A DNA stretch of 64,000 bases. It comes from Alphaproteobacteria bacterium (GTDB taxonomy: Bacteria > Pseudomonadota > Alphaproteobacteria > GCA-2731375). The position numbers and the translations under genes are program-made. The stretch spans positions 736,001 to 800,000 of the forward strand of contig CBDDPY010000002.1 in assembly GCA_965232515.1 (NCBI GenBank), written 5' to 3'. The notes beneath the pieces are model-generated. The model was not told the DNA's origin. It made no database searches and was given only the letters and a program-made list of their open reading frames with translations. Of this stretch, positions 53,126 to 61,782 are shown one piece after another. The first letter of the stretch is position 1. Each line of letters opens with the position of its first letter.

Positions 53126-54262
53126 TCAGATCTTCAGCTTGCCCGGGAAATAGTGATTGTAGGCGAGCGCGTAGTCCGGCGCGTTCATCAGTTCGTAGAA
53201 CACGACACGCTCGACCCATTCGCGCTGGCTGTCCATCACGCGCTTCATGAAATCGTCCTTCTCCAGGACCGGGATCAGCTCGTCCCAGGCCTTGAGCTGC
53301 GCATCGAGGATGGCCTTGGATGTGCGGTGCACGGTGACGCCCGATTCCGACTGCAGCTTCTGCAGATCCTTCGAATAGTTGTCGAGCGCGATCGCGGTGT
53401 TGGCCGTGCTCGCCGCCTCGACGCCGTATTCCAGGATCGCCCGCAGATCCGGATCGAGATCGTCGAAGAAGTCCTTGTTGAACAGGAACTCGAAGGACTC
53501 GCTGGCCTGATGATAGGACGACAGCATGTAGTTCTTGGCCACGTCCTGGGCGCCGAAGCGGCTGTCGGACGAGGGGTTGTTGAACTCGAACGCGTCGATG
53601 ACGCCGCGTTCCATGGCCGGCACGATCTCGCCGCCCGGAAGCTGCGCCACGCTCATGCCGAGCTTCTGCATCAGGTCGGCGGCGAGCCCGACGGTGCGGT
53701 ATTTGAAGCCGTCAACCTCGGCGACCGTCGTGACCGGATTCTTGAACCAACCGAACGGCTGGGCCGGCATGGGGAAACCGTAGAAGCCATAGACATTGAG
53801 CCCGAGGATGTCCTGGGTCAACTCGCGATAGAACTCCTTGCCGCCGCCGGCGTGGAACCAGGCCAGCATGGTGGTGGCGCTGCCGCCGAACACCGGGCCG
53901 GTGCCGAAGAGCGATGCGCCCTTGTGCTTGCCATACCAATAGACCGGCACGGTATGCGCGGCGTCGAGCACGCCGTCATTGACGGCGTCCAGCACCTGGA
54001 ACGCCTTGACGACGGCGCCGGCCGGCAACAGGTCGATCTTCAGCCGGCCGCCGGACATGGCCTCGACGCGCTCGACATACTGACGGGCGAAGTCCATCCA
54101 GATGTCGGAGGCGGGCCACGAGGTCTGCATCTTGACGACAACAGGACTCTGCGCCAGTACGGCCGGCGCCGCGAGGCCGCCAGCAGCGGCGCCCGTCGCG
54201 GCGGCGCCTGCCTTGATAAACGAGCGGCGTGATACGGTCGCGTTGTTCTTGGAATTGGTCAT
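53126..54262 (-). CDS. TRAP substrate-binding protein (TakP-like), Tat-exported
   Basis: SRRSFIK Tat motif; MSGGRL, GWF and LPGGEIVPAMERGVIDAFEF; ATG 54262. Confidence 0.93.
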   Translation of the reverse strand: MTNSKNNATVSRRSFIKAGAAATGAAAGGLAAPAVLAQSPVVVKMQTSWPASDIWMDFARQYVERVEAMSGGRLKIDLLPAGAVVKAFQVLDAVNDGVLDAAHTVPVYWYGKHKGASLFGTGPVFGGSATTMLAWFHAGGGKEFYRELTQDILGLNVYGFYGFPMPAQPFGWFKNPVTTVAEVDGFKYRTVGLAADLMQKLGMSVAQLPGGEIVPAMERGVIDAFEFNNPSSDSRFGAQDVAKNYMLSSYHQASESFEFLFNKDFFDDLDPDLRAILEYGVEAASTANTAIALDNYSKDLQKLQSESGVTVHRTSKAILDAQLKAWDELIPVLEKDDFMKRVMDSQREWVERVVFYELMNAPDYALAYNHYFPGKLKI

Positions 54263-54431
54263 TGCGTCTCTCCCAACGAGTGTCCAACTGGTTCCGAACC
54301 TTACGCAACGCTGTTTCGAGGCGGTCATCGTAGTGTAGGTACATGAACGTCAGCAAGCGGCGCAAATTGTCGCGGGCCGGTCCGACGTCGGTTAGGTTCT
54401 CGTTGGGATTTCATATCACGAGGGGTTGCTT

Positions 54432-55799
54432 ATGGATGCCTGGGTGAAGGCGGCGTTGGCCTATGTCGAACATTGGCTTGAGTATCATGTGCGGTTGATG
54501 CAGCAGCCGGGCTGCGCGATCGCGGTCGCGCACAAAGGACGGGTCGTGTTGGAGCGCGCCTATGGGCACGCGGATCTGGTCAAGGGCCGGAAGCTGACGC
54601 CGCGGCATCGGTTCCGTGTCGCCTCGCACTCGAAGAGCTTTACAGCGACCGGGATCATGCTGTTGCGCGAGCGCGGGCTGCTCCGGCTCGACGACCCGGT
54701 GGGACGGTACGTCGACGGTCTGCATCCGGAAGTGGCCGAGGCGACAATTGCGCAGGCGCTGTCGCACAGCGCCGGCCTGATCCGTGACGGCGCGGACGCC
54801 GGGCAGTGGCAGGACCGGCGTCCGTTCGCGAACGAGCGCGAGCTGCGCCGGGCGCTGGCGGAACCGCCGGTGATCGACGCCAACACGCGGTTCAAGTATT
54901 CCAATCACGGATTTGGCCTGATCGGGCTGGTGATGGAGGCCGTGACCGGCGAGCCATATATCGACTGGATCACGCGCGAGGTCGTCGCGACGTCGAAGCT
55001 AACGGAAACCACGCCGGACGTGCCGGCCGCCAAAGGCGCGCCGATGGCGCGGGGGCATAGCGGCCGCTTGCCGCTCGGCCGTCGGGTGATCATTCCGGGC
55101 GACAATCCGACGCACGCGCTGGCGCCGGCGACGGGATTCGTCTCGACGGCGGCCGATCTGGCGCGCTTCTTCGCCAGCCTCGATCCGGCCGCCTCCCGCA
55201 GCATCCTGACGCCGGCGAGCCGGCGCGAGATGGTTCGCCGCCATTGGCGCGACGACGAGGCGACCAACGGTCAGCATTACGGTCTTGGCATCAGCATCGG
55301 CCGGACGGGCGATTGGGATTGGTTCGGCCATGGCGGCGGCTTCCAGAGCTGTCTCAGCCGGACCATCGTGCTGCCGGGCCGCGACCTCTCGGTCTCGGTC
55401 CTGACCAATGCCGTCGACGGCTTCGCCAATGCCTGGTCGGACAGTGTGATCCACATCCTGCGCTTCTTCGCGGCGCGCGGCGCGCCGACGGCGAAGACCC
55501 GCGACTGGACCGGCCGCTGGTGGCGCCTTTGGGGACCGGTCGACCTGGTGCCGGTGCGCGATCACGCGGTCGTCGCCTGGCCGGGCATGTTCAATCCGTT
55601 CATGGACGCGACCGAGATCGAAATCACCGGCCGCGACCACGGCAAAGTCCGACGGTCGAGCGGTTTCGGCAGCCCCGGCGAGCCTGCCCGGCTGGTGCGC
55701 AACCGTAAGGGTCGAGTCAGCGACGTCCGGCTGGCTGGCAACAAGTTCGTCAGCGAAGCCCGCGCCGCGGCCGAGCTGAAGCGAAACTACGACAATTGA
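54432..55799 (+). CDS. Serine hydrolase, beta-lactamase class C/PBP-like family
   Basis: FRVASHSK (SxxK), YSN and HGG. Confidence 0.88.
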   Translation: MDAWVKAALAYVEHWLEYHVRLMQQPGCAIAVAHKGRVVLERAYGHADLVKGRKLTPRHRFRVASHSKSFTATGIMLLRERGLLRLDDPVGRYVDGLHPEVAEATIAQALSHSAGLIRDGADAGQWQDRRPFANERELRRALAEPPVIDANTRFKYSNHGFGLIGLVMEAVTGEPYIDWITREVVATSKLTETTPDVPAAKGAPMARGHSGRLPLGRRVIIPGDNPTHALAPATGFVSTAADLARFFASLDPAASRSILTPASRREMVRRHWRDDEATNGQHYGLGISIGRTGDWDWFGHGGGFQSCLSRTIVLPGRDLSVSVLTNAVDGFANAWSDSVIHILRFFAARGAPTAKTRDWTGRWWRLWGPVDLVPVRDHAVVAWPGMFNPFMDATEIEITGRDHGKVRRSSGFGSPGEPARLVRNRKGRVSDVRLAGNKFVSEARAAAELKRNYDN

Positions 55800-55909
55800 T
55801 CGATATCGCTGACAACGTCGCGCCGTGCTCACGGCAAGTTGTCCGCGCGTCGGTAGAACCGCTTCTGATGTGCATTCCTGATCCGAGCACCGTTGACTAC
55901 ACTTGACCG

Positions 55910-57673
55910 ATGTCGGAGCGCACGCAGCGAAGATTGGCCGCGATCGTATCGGCCGATGTGGCCGGCTATTCACGCCTTGTAGGTGCCGACGAAACCGGCA
56001 CGCTGCAGGCGTTGCGCCGCCATCGGCAGGAGCTGATCGATCCCACCGTCGGCCGGCACGGCGGCCGCATTGTCAAGGTCATGGGCGACGGCCTGCTGCT
56101 GGAATTCGCAAGCGTTGTCGATGCCGTGCAATGCGCGGCGGACATTCAGCAAGGAATGACCGAACGCAATTCAGGCGTGCCGGCCGACAGTCGCATTGTC
56201 TTTCGTATCGGCGTTAATCAGGGCGACATCGTCATTGACGGCGATGACATCCTGGGTGACGGCGTGAATGTCGCCGCGCGGCTACAGGAAATCGCCAGTC
56301 CGGGCGGCGTCTGCGTGGCAGCTCGCGTGCACGACGACATTCGCGACCGTCTAGACATCGTCTTCGAAGATGGCGGTCCGCGAGAGCTGAAGAACATTGC
56401 CCGTCCGGTGCATGTCTGGCACTGGCAAGACGTCGATTTGCCGGACGATGACAGGTCCGGCGCGGTAGGCGATCCCGTCGCCGGGAAACCGATCATTGCC
56501 GTCTTGCCGTTCCAGAACATGTCGAACGATCCCGAGCAGGACTATTTTGCCGAAGGTATCGCCGAAGATGTCATCATCGCCTTGTCGCGCTTTCGCGCGC
56601 TGCTGGTGATCGCGCGCAACTCCTCGTTCAGTTTTCGAAACGAAGCGATTGGCATCAAGGATATCGCCAAGGACTTGGGCGCCCGGTATGTGGTCGAAGG
56701 CAGCGTTCGCAAGGCCGGCGACCGCGTTCGCGTGACGGCGCAGCTGGTCGAGGGGCGCACGGAGACCCATGTCTGGGCCGAGCGTTACGACCGCAAGCTC
56801 GACGATGTCTTCGCCGTGCAGGACGAGATCACCAACGCCATCGTTGCCGGCGTCGCGCCGCATTCACTGCAAGCTGAGATTCAGCGCGCCGCCAAGCTGA
56901 GCGACGCCGCGCTCGGCGCCTGGGACCTCGTGATGCGCGACCGTTGGCATATGGGTCTGTTCACCAAATCCAATCAGGAAAATGCGCGCGGCCTTCTGCT
57001 GCAGGCGCTGGAGGCAGATCCGCACAACGGCGAGGCGCACGGCCTGCTGGCAATGAACTGTCTGTGGAGCATTCCATACAACTGGGCCGACTCCGTGCCG
57101 GATGCGCTGGCGACCGCCGCGCAGGCGGCCAGGCGGGCGATCGCATTGGACGCCGACGACGCGCTTGCGCACGCGGTGCTGGGCGTGCTGTTTGCCTTCG
57201 AGAAGCGGTACGACGACGCCATTGCAAGCTGCCGGCGTGCCGTCGAACTGAACCCGAACCTGGCGCTGGCGCACGGTCTCCTGTGTGTCGTGTCGGGCCT
57301 GACCGTCGAATACGACTCTGTGTCGGCCATGCTGGAAACGGCACTGCGCCTCAGTCCACGCGATCCCGACCGCCCACTCTGGTATGCCGGTGCCGGTATG
57401 GCGGCTTACGAAGCCGAGCGCTACGACGACGTGATCCGCCTTGGCGACTTGGCGATCGCCGCCAATCCAAACATTCCCACGGCCTATCGTCAGCGCGCGG
57501 CCGGATTGGCGATGCTGGGCCGCATCGACGAGGCGCGTCGTGACATTGACCGGCTGCGGGCGTTGATGCCCGGCAACTCCATCACCGAAGTTCGCAGACA
57601 GCTGCCGTATCCGGCCGCGGCCATGGAACGTTTTGTCGACGGCTTACGCCGGGCCGGCTTGCCGGAAGATTGA
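55910..57673 (+). CDS. Soluble adenylate cyclase with TolB-like and TPR domains
   Basis: RRLAAIVSADVAGYSRL, GDGVNVAARLQ, IAVLPFQNMS and TPR repeats. Confidence 0.92.
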   Translation: MSERTQRRLAAIVSADVAGYSRLVGADETGTLQALRRHRQELIDPTVGRHGGRIVKVMGDGLLLEFASVVDAVQCAADIQQGMTERNSGVPADSRIVFRIGVNQGDIVIDGDDILGDGVNVAARLQEIASPGGVCVAARVHDDIRDRLDIVFEDGGPRELKNIARPVHVWHWQDVDLPDDDRSGAVGDPVAGKPIIAVLPFQNMSNDPEQDYFAEGIAEDVIIALSRFRALLVIARNSSFSFRNEAIGIKDIAKDLGARYVVEGSVRKAGDRVRVTAQLVEGRTETHVWAERYDRKLDDVFAVQDEITNAIVAGVAPHSLQAEIQRAAKLSDAALGAWDLVMRDRWHMGLFTKSNQENARGLLLQALEADPHNGEAHGLLAMNCLWSIPYNWADSVPDALATAAQAARRAIALDADDALAHAVLGVLFAFEKRYDDAIASCRRAVELNPNLALAHGLLCVVSGLTVEYDSVSAMLETALRLSPRDPDRPLWYAGAGMAAYEAERYDDVIRLGDLAIAANPNIPTAYRQRAAGLAMLGRIDEARRDIDRLRALMPGNSITEVRRQLPYPAAAMERFVDGLRRAGLPED

Positions 57674-57686
57674 GCCGCCATGGCGG

Positions 57687-58646
57687 TCAGCCGGTCGCCA
57701 TCACCTCGCGGACCGCGGTGGCGATCTTGTCGCGGTTGGGAAAGACGTGGTCTTCCAGTCCAGGGCTGTAAGGCACAGGGACCGGAAGGGCGCAGACCCG
57801 CTTCAACGGCGCCTTAAGTGCGGCAAAGGTCTCGGGATCTTCCGTCGCCAAAGCGGCAATCTCTGCGGAGGCGCCGGCTGTGGGACCGGCCTCGTCGGCG
57901 ACGACAAGGCGGCCGGTCTTGCGCACCGAGGCGCGGATCGTGTCCGTATCCATGGGCACCAGCGTGCGCGGATCGACGACCTCGACATCGATGCCGTCGC
58001 GTGCCAGTTCCTCGGCGGCGGCGAGGGCCTCGTGCACGAGCCAGGCGAAGGCGACGACGGTGATGTCGGCGCCCTCGCGTTTGACGTCGGCCTGACCCAA
58101 TGGCAAGGCATAGTCGTCGTCCGGCACGTCGCCCTCCGAGGCCATGAGGCGGGCGGCTTCGAAGGAGATCACCGGGTTGTTGTCGCGGATCGCGGTTTTC
58201 AGCAGGCCCTTCAGGTCGTAGGGCGTCGACGGCAGGATCATCTTCAGGCCGGCGACATTCATGAACATGGAATAGGGGCTCTGCGAGTGCTGGGCGGCGA
58301 GCTTGGTGCCGCCGCCCACGGAGGTCCGGAAGACAATGGGAAACGTCGCCTGGCCGCCGAACATGTAGTGAATCTTGGCGGCCTGGTTGACGATCTGGTC
58401 CATGGCCACGAACGAAAACGTGACCATCGACCAGTTCACGATCGGCCGGAAGCCGGAGCCGGCGGCGCCGATGGCCATGCCGGTAAAGGCGCTCTCGGCG
58501 ATTGGCGTCGCCCGGATGCGGTCGGCGCCGAATTCCTCGAGCAGCGGCCGTGGTGCGTCGGTCGAGAGATGAAAGGTCGTTGGGTCGCGCCGCATTTCCT
58601 CGGCGACCGCTTCGAGCCCGGCCTGCATATACGTGACGGTGCGCAT
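57687..58646 (-). CDS. TPP-dependent dehydrogenase E1 beta subunit (AcoB/PdhB-like)
   Basis: TPIAESAFTG, DQIVNQAAK, AAQHSQ and EVVDPRTL. Confidence 0.9.
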   Translation of the reverse strand: MRTVTYMQAGLEAVAEEMRRDPTTFHLSTDAPRPLLEEFGADRIRATPIAESAFTGMAIGAAGSGFRPIVNWSMVTFSFVAMDQIVNQAAKIHYMFGGQATFPIVFRTSVGGGTKLAAQHSQSPYSMFMNVAGLKMILPSTPYDLKGLLKTAIRDNNPVISFEAARLMASEGDVPDDDYALPLGQADVKREGADITVVAFAWLVHEALAAAEELARDGIDVEVVDPRTLVPMDTDTIRASVRKTGRLVVADEAGPTAGASAEIAALATEDPETFAALKAPLKRVCALPVPVPYSPGLEDHVFPNRDKIATAVREVMATG

Positions 58647-58660
58647 GGTCCCGGTCTCCC

Positions 58661-59629
58661 TCAGTCGGCGAACACGTCTTCCAGCGCCGCTTCCGGCGCC
58701 GGGAAGGGGCTGGACTTGGCGTAACCGACCGATGTCTCAATCTCGGCCAGGATTTCCTGGTCCATGCGCTGCCATTCCGCGTCGCTGAACTGGCCCTGGT
58801 GCGACTTCAGGTGTTCGACCAGTCGGGCGACGGGGTCGAGTTTTTTCCAGGCCTCGATCTCGTCGGGCGGCCGATAGTCGGGTTGGGTTGGCCGTTCGGT
58901 ATGCGCCCGCCAGCGGTAAGTCTTGCATTCGATCAGCGTCGGGCCGTCGCCGGCACGCGCGCGGGCTACGGCTTCGGTTGCGGCGTCATAGACCGCCAGC
59001 ACATCGTTGCCGTCGACGACCACGCCCGGGATGCCGTAGCCGGCGGCGCGGGCGGCGATGTCGACGGTCGCCGTGGTGCCGGAGGCCGTCGTCTGGGCGG
59101 CGTAGAGGTTGTTCTCGCACACGTAAAGCATCGGCAGTTTCCAGGCCGCCGCTACGTTGATGCTCTCGTGGAACGGGCCGGCGTTGGAGGCGCCGTCGCC
59201 GAAGAACGAGACCGCGACCCGGCCGTTGCCCGCAAGCTGCGCCGCCAAGCCGGCGCCGGTGACGATAGAGATGCCGCCGGCGACAATGCCGTTGGCGCCC
59301 AGCATGCCGATATCGAAATCGGCGATGTGCATGGACCCGCCTTTGCCTTTGCAATACCCGGTCTCGCGGCCGTAGAGCTCGGCCATCATGCGGTTGAGAT
59401 CGGCGCCCTTGGCGATGCAATGGCCGTGGCCCCGGTGTGTGCTGATAATCTGATCGTCGCGGTTCAAGGCGGCGCAGACACCGACGGCGACCGCCTCCTC
59501 GCCGATGTAACAGTGCACCACGCCATAGATGTCGCCGGCATGGTAGTCGGCCGAAGCGCGCTCCTCGAACCGGCGGATGGTCTGCATCTGGCGCAGCATA
59601 TGGCGCAGCTGTTCCGGTGACGGCGGCAT
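58661..59629 (-). CDS. TPP-dependent dehydrogenase E1 alpha subunit (AcoA/PdhA-like)
   Basis: HCYIGEEA, HRGHGH, GKGGSMH, FFGDGA...ENN and TYRWRAH. Confidence 0.93.
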   Translation of the reverse strand: MPPSPEQLRHMLRQMQTIRRFEERASADYHAGDIYGVVHCYIGEEAVAVGVCAALNRDDQIISTHRGHGHCIAKGADLNRMMAELYGRETGYCKGKGGSMHIADFDIGMLGANGIVAGGISIVTGAGLAAQLAGNGRVAVSFFGDGASNAGPFHESINVAAAWKLPMLYVCENNLYAAQTTASGTTATVDIAARAAGYGIPGVVVDGNDVLAVYDAATEAVARARAGDGPTLIECKTYRWRAHTERPTQPDYRPPDEIEAWKKLDPVARLVEHLKSHQGQFSDAEWQRMDQEILAEIETSVGYAKSSPFPAPEAALEDVFAD

Positions 59630-59736
59630 GGCGACTCCTCCCACGACAAACTGATTTGGGTAATTATGGCCCCGATGTCGAAAATTTGCTTGTCCGTTCG
59701 TCTTAACGTCACACCGCGGAAGAGAGAGGACCGGTC

Positions 59737-60444
59737 ATGTCGACACACAAGATCGTTTCGCAAGAGGAATGGCTGGAAGCGCGCAAGGCGCATCTGGCGC
59801 GGGAGAAGGAGTTCACGCGGCTTCGCGACCAACTCAGCCGGGAGCGCCGTGAGCTGCCGTGGGTCAAGGTCGAGAAGGATTATGTCTTCCAGGGTCCGAA
59901 CGGCGCCGAGAGCCTCGGGGATCTGTTCGACGGCCGCAGCCAGCTGCTGGTGCAGCACTTCATGTACGGGCCGGACTGGGACGACGGCTGCCCGAGCTGC
60001 TCGTTCTGGGCCGACAGCTATGACGGCTTCATCGTGCATCTGGCGCAACGCGATGTGACGATGGTGGCTGTCTCGCGGGCGCCGCTGGAAGTGCTTGACG
60101 CCTACAAGAAACGCATGGGCTGGTCGTTCAAGTGGGTCTCTTCGCTCGGCAGCGACTTCAACCGGGATTTCCAGGTCACATTCACGCCCGAGGAAATGGC
60201 GAAGGGCGAGATGACCTACAACTACGAGACCCGCAGCTTTCCGGCCGACGAGGCGCCCGGCGTCAGCGTGTTCGCCAGGAACGAGGCCGGCGAGATCTTC
60301 CACACCTATTCATGTTACGCCCGCGGGCTCGACATGCTGAACGGCGCCTACCATTACCTCGATCTGGTGCCGAAGGGGCGCGACGAGGACGACCTGCCCT
60401 ACAGCATGGCCTGGGTCCAGCGGCACGACGAGTACGCTGACTGA
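59737..60444 (+). CDS. DUF899 thioredoxin-like protein
   Basis: REKEFTR, RRELPW, GCPSCSF, RMGW and PKGRDE. Confidence 0.92.
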   Translation: MSTHKIVSQEEWLEARKAHLAREKEFTRLRDQLSRERRELPWVKVEKDYVFQGPNGAESLGDLFDGRSQLLVQHFMYGPDWDDGCPSCSFWADSYDGFIVHLAQRDVTMVAVSRAPLEVLDAYKKRMGWSFKWVSSLGSDFNRDFQVTFTPEEMAKGEMTYNYETRSFPADEAPGVSVFARNEAGEIFHTYSCYARGLDMLNGAYHYLDLVPKGRDEDDLPYSMAWVQRHDEYAD

Positions 60445-60475
60445 CCGCGGCCATTGAGGTCTGTCAGGGCTGTCG

Positions 60476-60563
60476 GCTGGATTGCCGGGTCAAGCCCGGC
60501 AATGACGACTTTTGTCTGTATTGCCGCCATTCGTCATGCCCGGACTTGATCCGGGCATCCAGC
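60476..60563. repeat. Inverted pair of alphaproteobacterial REP-like palindromes
   Basis: CTGGATTGCCGGGTCAAGCCCGGCAATGAC and, inverted, GTCATGCCCGGACTTGATCCGGGCATCCAG. Confidence 0.85.
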
Positions 60564-60590
60564 GGAATCGCGGCAATTGCTGGCTGCCAG

Positions 60591-61598
60591 CTACCCGTCC
60601 CAAACCTGGCGGAAGACGCGCATCCAGTTTTCGCCCAGGATCTTTCGGACTTCGGTCTCGCTGAAGCCGCGTTCCAGAAGCCGGGCCGTGAGGGCGGGCA
60701 GCGTTCGGGGTGTTTCAATGCCGGCCGGGTACTTGTATGGCGGCGGCGGATATTCCTCCGCCCGCCAGAGGCCGGCCTGGATTAGCACATCGTATTGGCG
60801 GCGGGCGTCCTCGTCATCGGCGACGGGGTGCTGGCCTTCGTAATAGTCGATGCCGATGCCGGTATGGTCGATGCCGACGAGATCAGCCTTGTAGGCGATG
60901 TCGTCGATGAACCGGTCGAGGGTCGGCTGACCGACTGCGGTCAGGAAGGCGGGAAATCCGACGGTGCCCACGAGGCCGCCCGATTGCGCCACGGCCTTGA
61001 TCAGGTCGTCCCCGATGTTGCGCCGGTTCGGATGCAGCCCGTAGGCGTTGGCGTGCGAGATGACGACCGGCGCGGTCGATGCCTCGACCGCCTCCAGACT
61101 GGTGCGGTTTCCCGTATGCGCGCAGTCGACGACCATGCCGAGCTCGTTGAGGCGCGCGATCAGATCGATGCCGAAATGGCTGAGGCCGGCGTCGGTGCGT
61201 TCGGCGGCGCCGTCGCCGACCAGGTTCTTGCGATTATAGGTCAACTGCACCATGCGCAGGCCGGCGGCGTGGAAGGCGTCGACCAGGTCGAGCTGATCCT
61301 CGAACAGCTGCGTGCCCTGCGTGTGCAGGATCAGGCCCAGCTTGCCGTCGCGTCTGGCCCGCTCGATGTCGTCGGCCGTGTGCACGATGGCGGTATCATC
61401 ACGGCCATTGGCATAACGGTGCCAGCCGCCGATTTCCAGCAGCGACGTCCGCGCGTCGCCGCGCAATCCCCGGATCGTGGGCGCGATGGCGGTGGCGCCG
61501 CCTTCGCGCCACCAGTCAACATAGCGGGTCTCGACCGCCAGCGGACAGGTCGCGTCGATGACGATGGCGTCGGCATGCAGGGCGGCGGCGTCGGCCAT
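60591..61598 (-). CDS. Membrane dipeptidase (M19) family protein
   Basis: QLTYN, DAGLSHFG, VDCAH, SHAN and GIGIDY. Confidence 0.9.
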   Translation of the reverse strand: MADAAALHADAIVIDATCPLAVETRYVDWWREGGATAIAPTIRGLRGDARTSLLEIGGWHRYANGRDDTAIVHTADDIERARRDGKLGLILHTQGTQLFEDQLDLVDAFHAAGLRMVQLTYNRKNLVGDGAAERTDAGLSHFGIDLIARLNELGMVVDCAHTGNRTSLEAVEASTAPVVISHANAYGLHPNRRNIGDDLIKAVAQSGGLVGTVGFPAFLTAVGQPTLDRFIDDIAYKADLVGIDHTGIGIDYYEGQHPVADDEDARRQYDVLIQAGLWRAEEYPPPPYKYPAGIETPRTLPALTARLLERGFSETEVRKILGENWMRVFRQVWDG

Positions 61599-61665
61599 CT
61601 GGGACCCCCTTTATCTGTTTTCAGACAAAGGGTGGCCGTCAGCTACCGACGCCGCAAGCCAAATC

Positions 61666-61743
61666 AGCCCTCACCCTCCCACACGACTGACGTCGTGCGG
61701 GCCCCTCGCTCTCCCGCTTGCGGGAGAGCGAGGGGTGAGGGCT
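61666..61743. repeat. Composite REP-like palindromic element
   Basis: Terminal AGCCCTCACCC/GGGTGAGGGCT around CCCCTCGCTCTCCCGC-TT-GCGGGAGAGCGAGGGG and a CACGAC/GTCGTG hairpin. Confidence 0.8.
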
Positions 61744-61782
61744 TACGGCAGCATCGCAACTTGGACTGAGATGGGACGTTCT

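Noticed and set aside
54432-55799. Antibiotic-resistance beta-lactamase
   Set aside because: No signal peptide; generic SxxK serine hydrolase, more likely an esterase or peptidase
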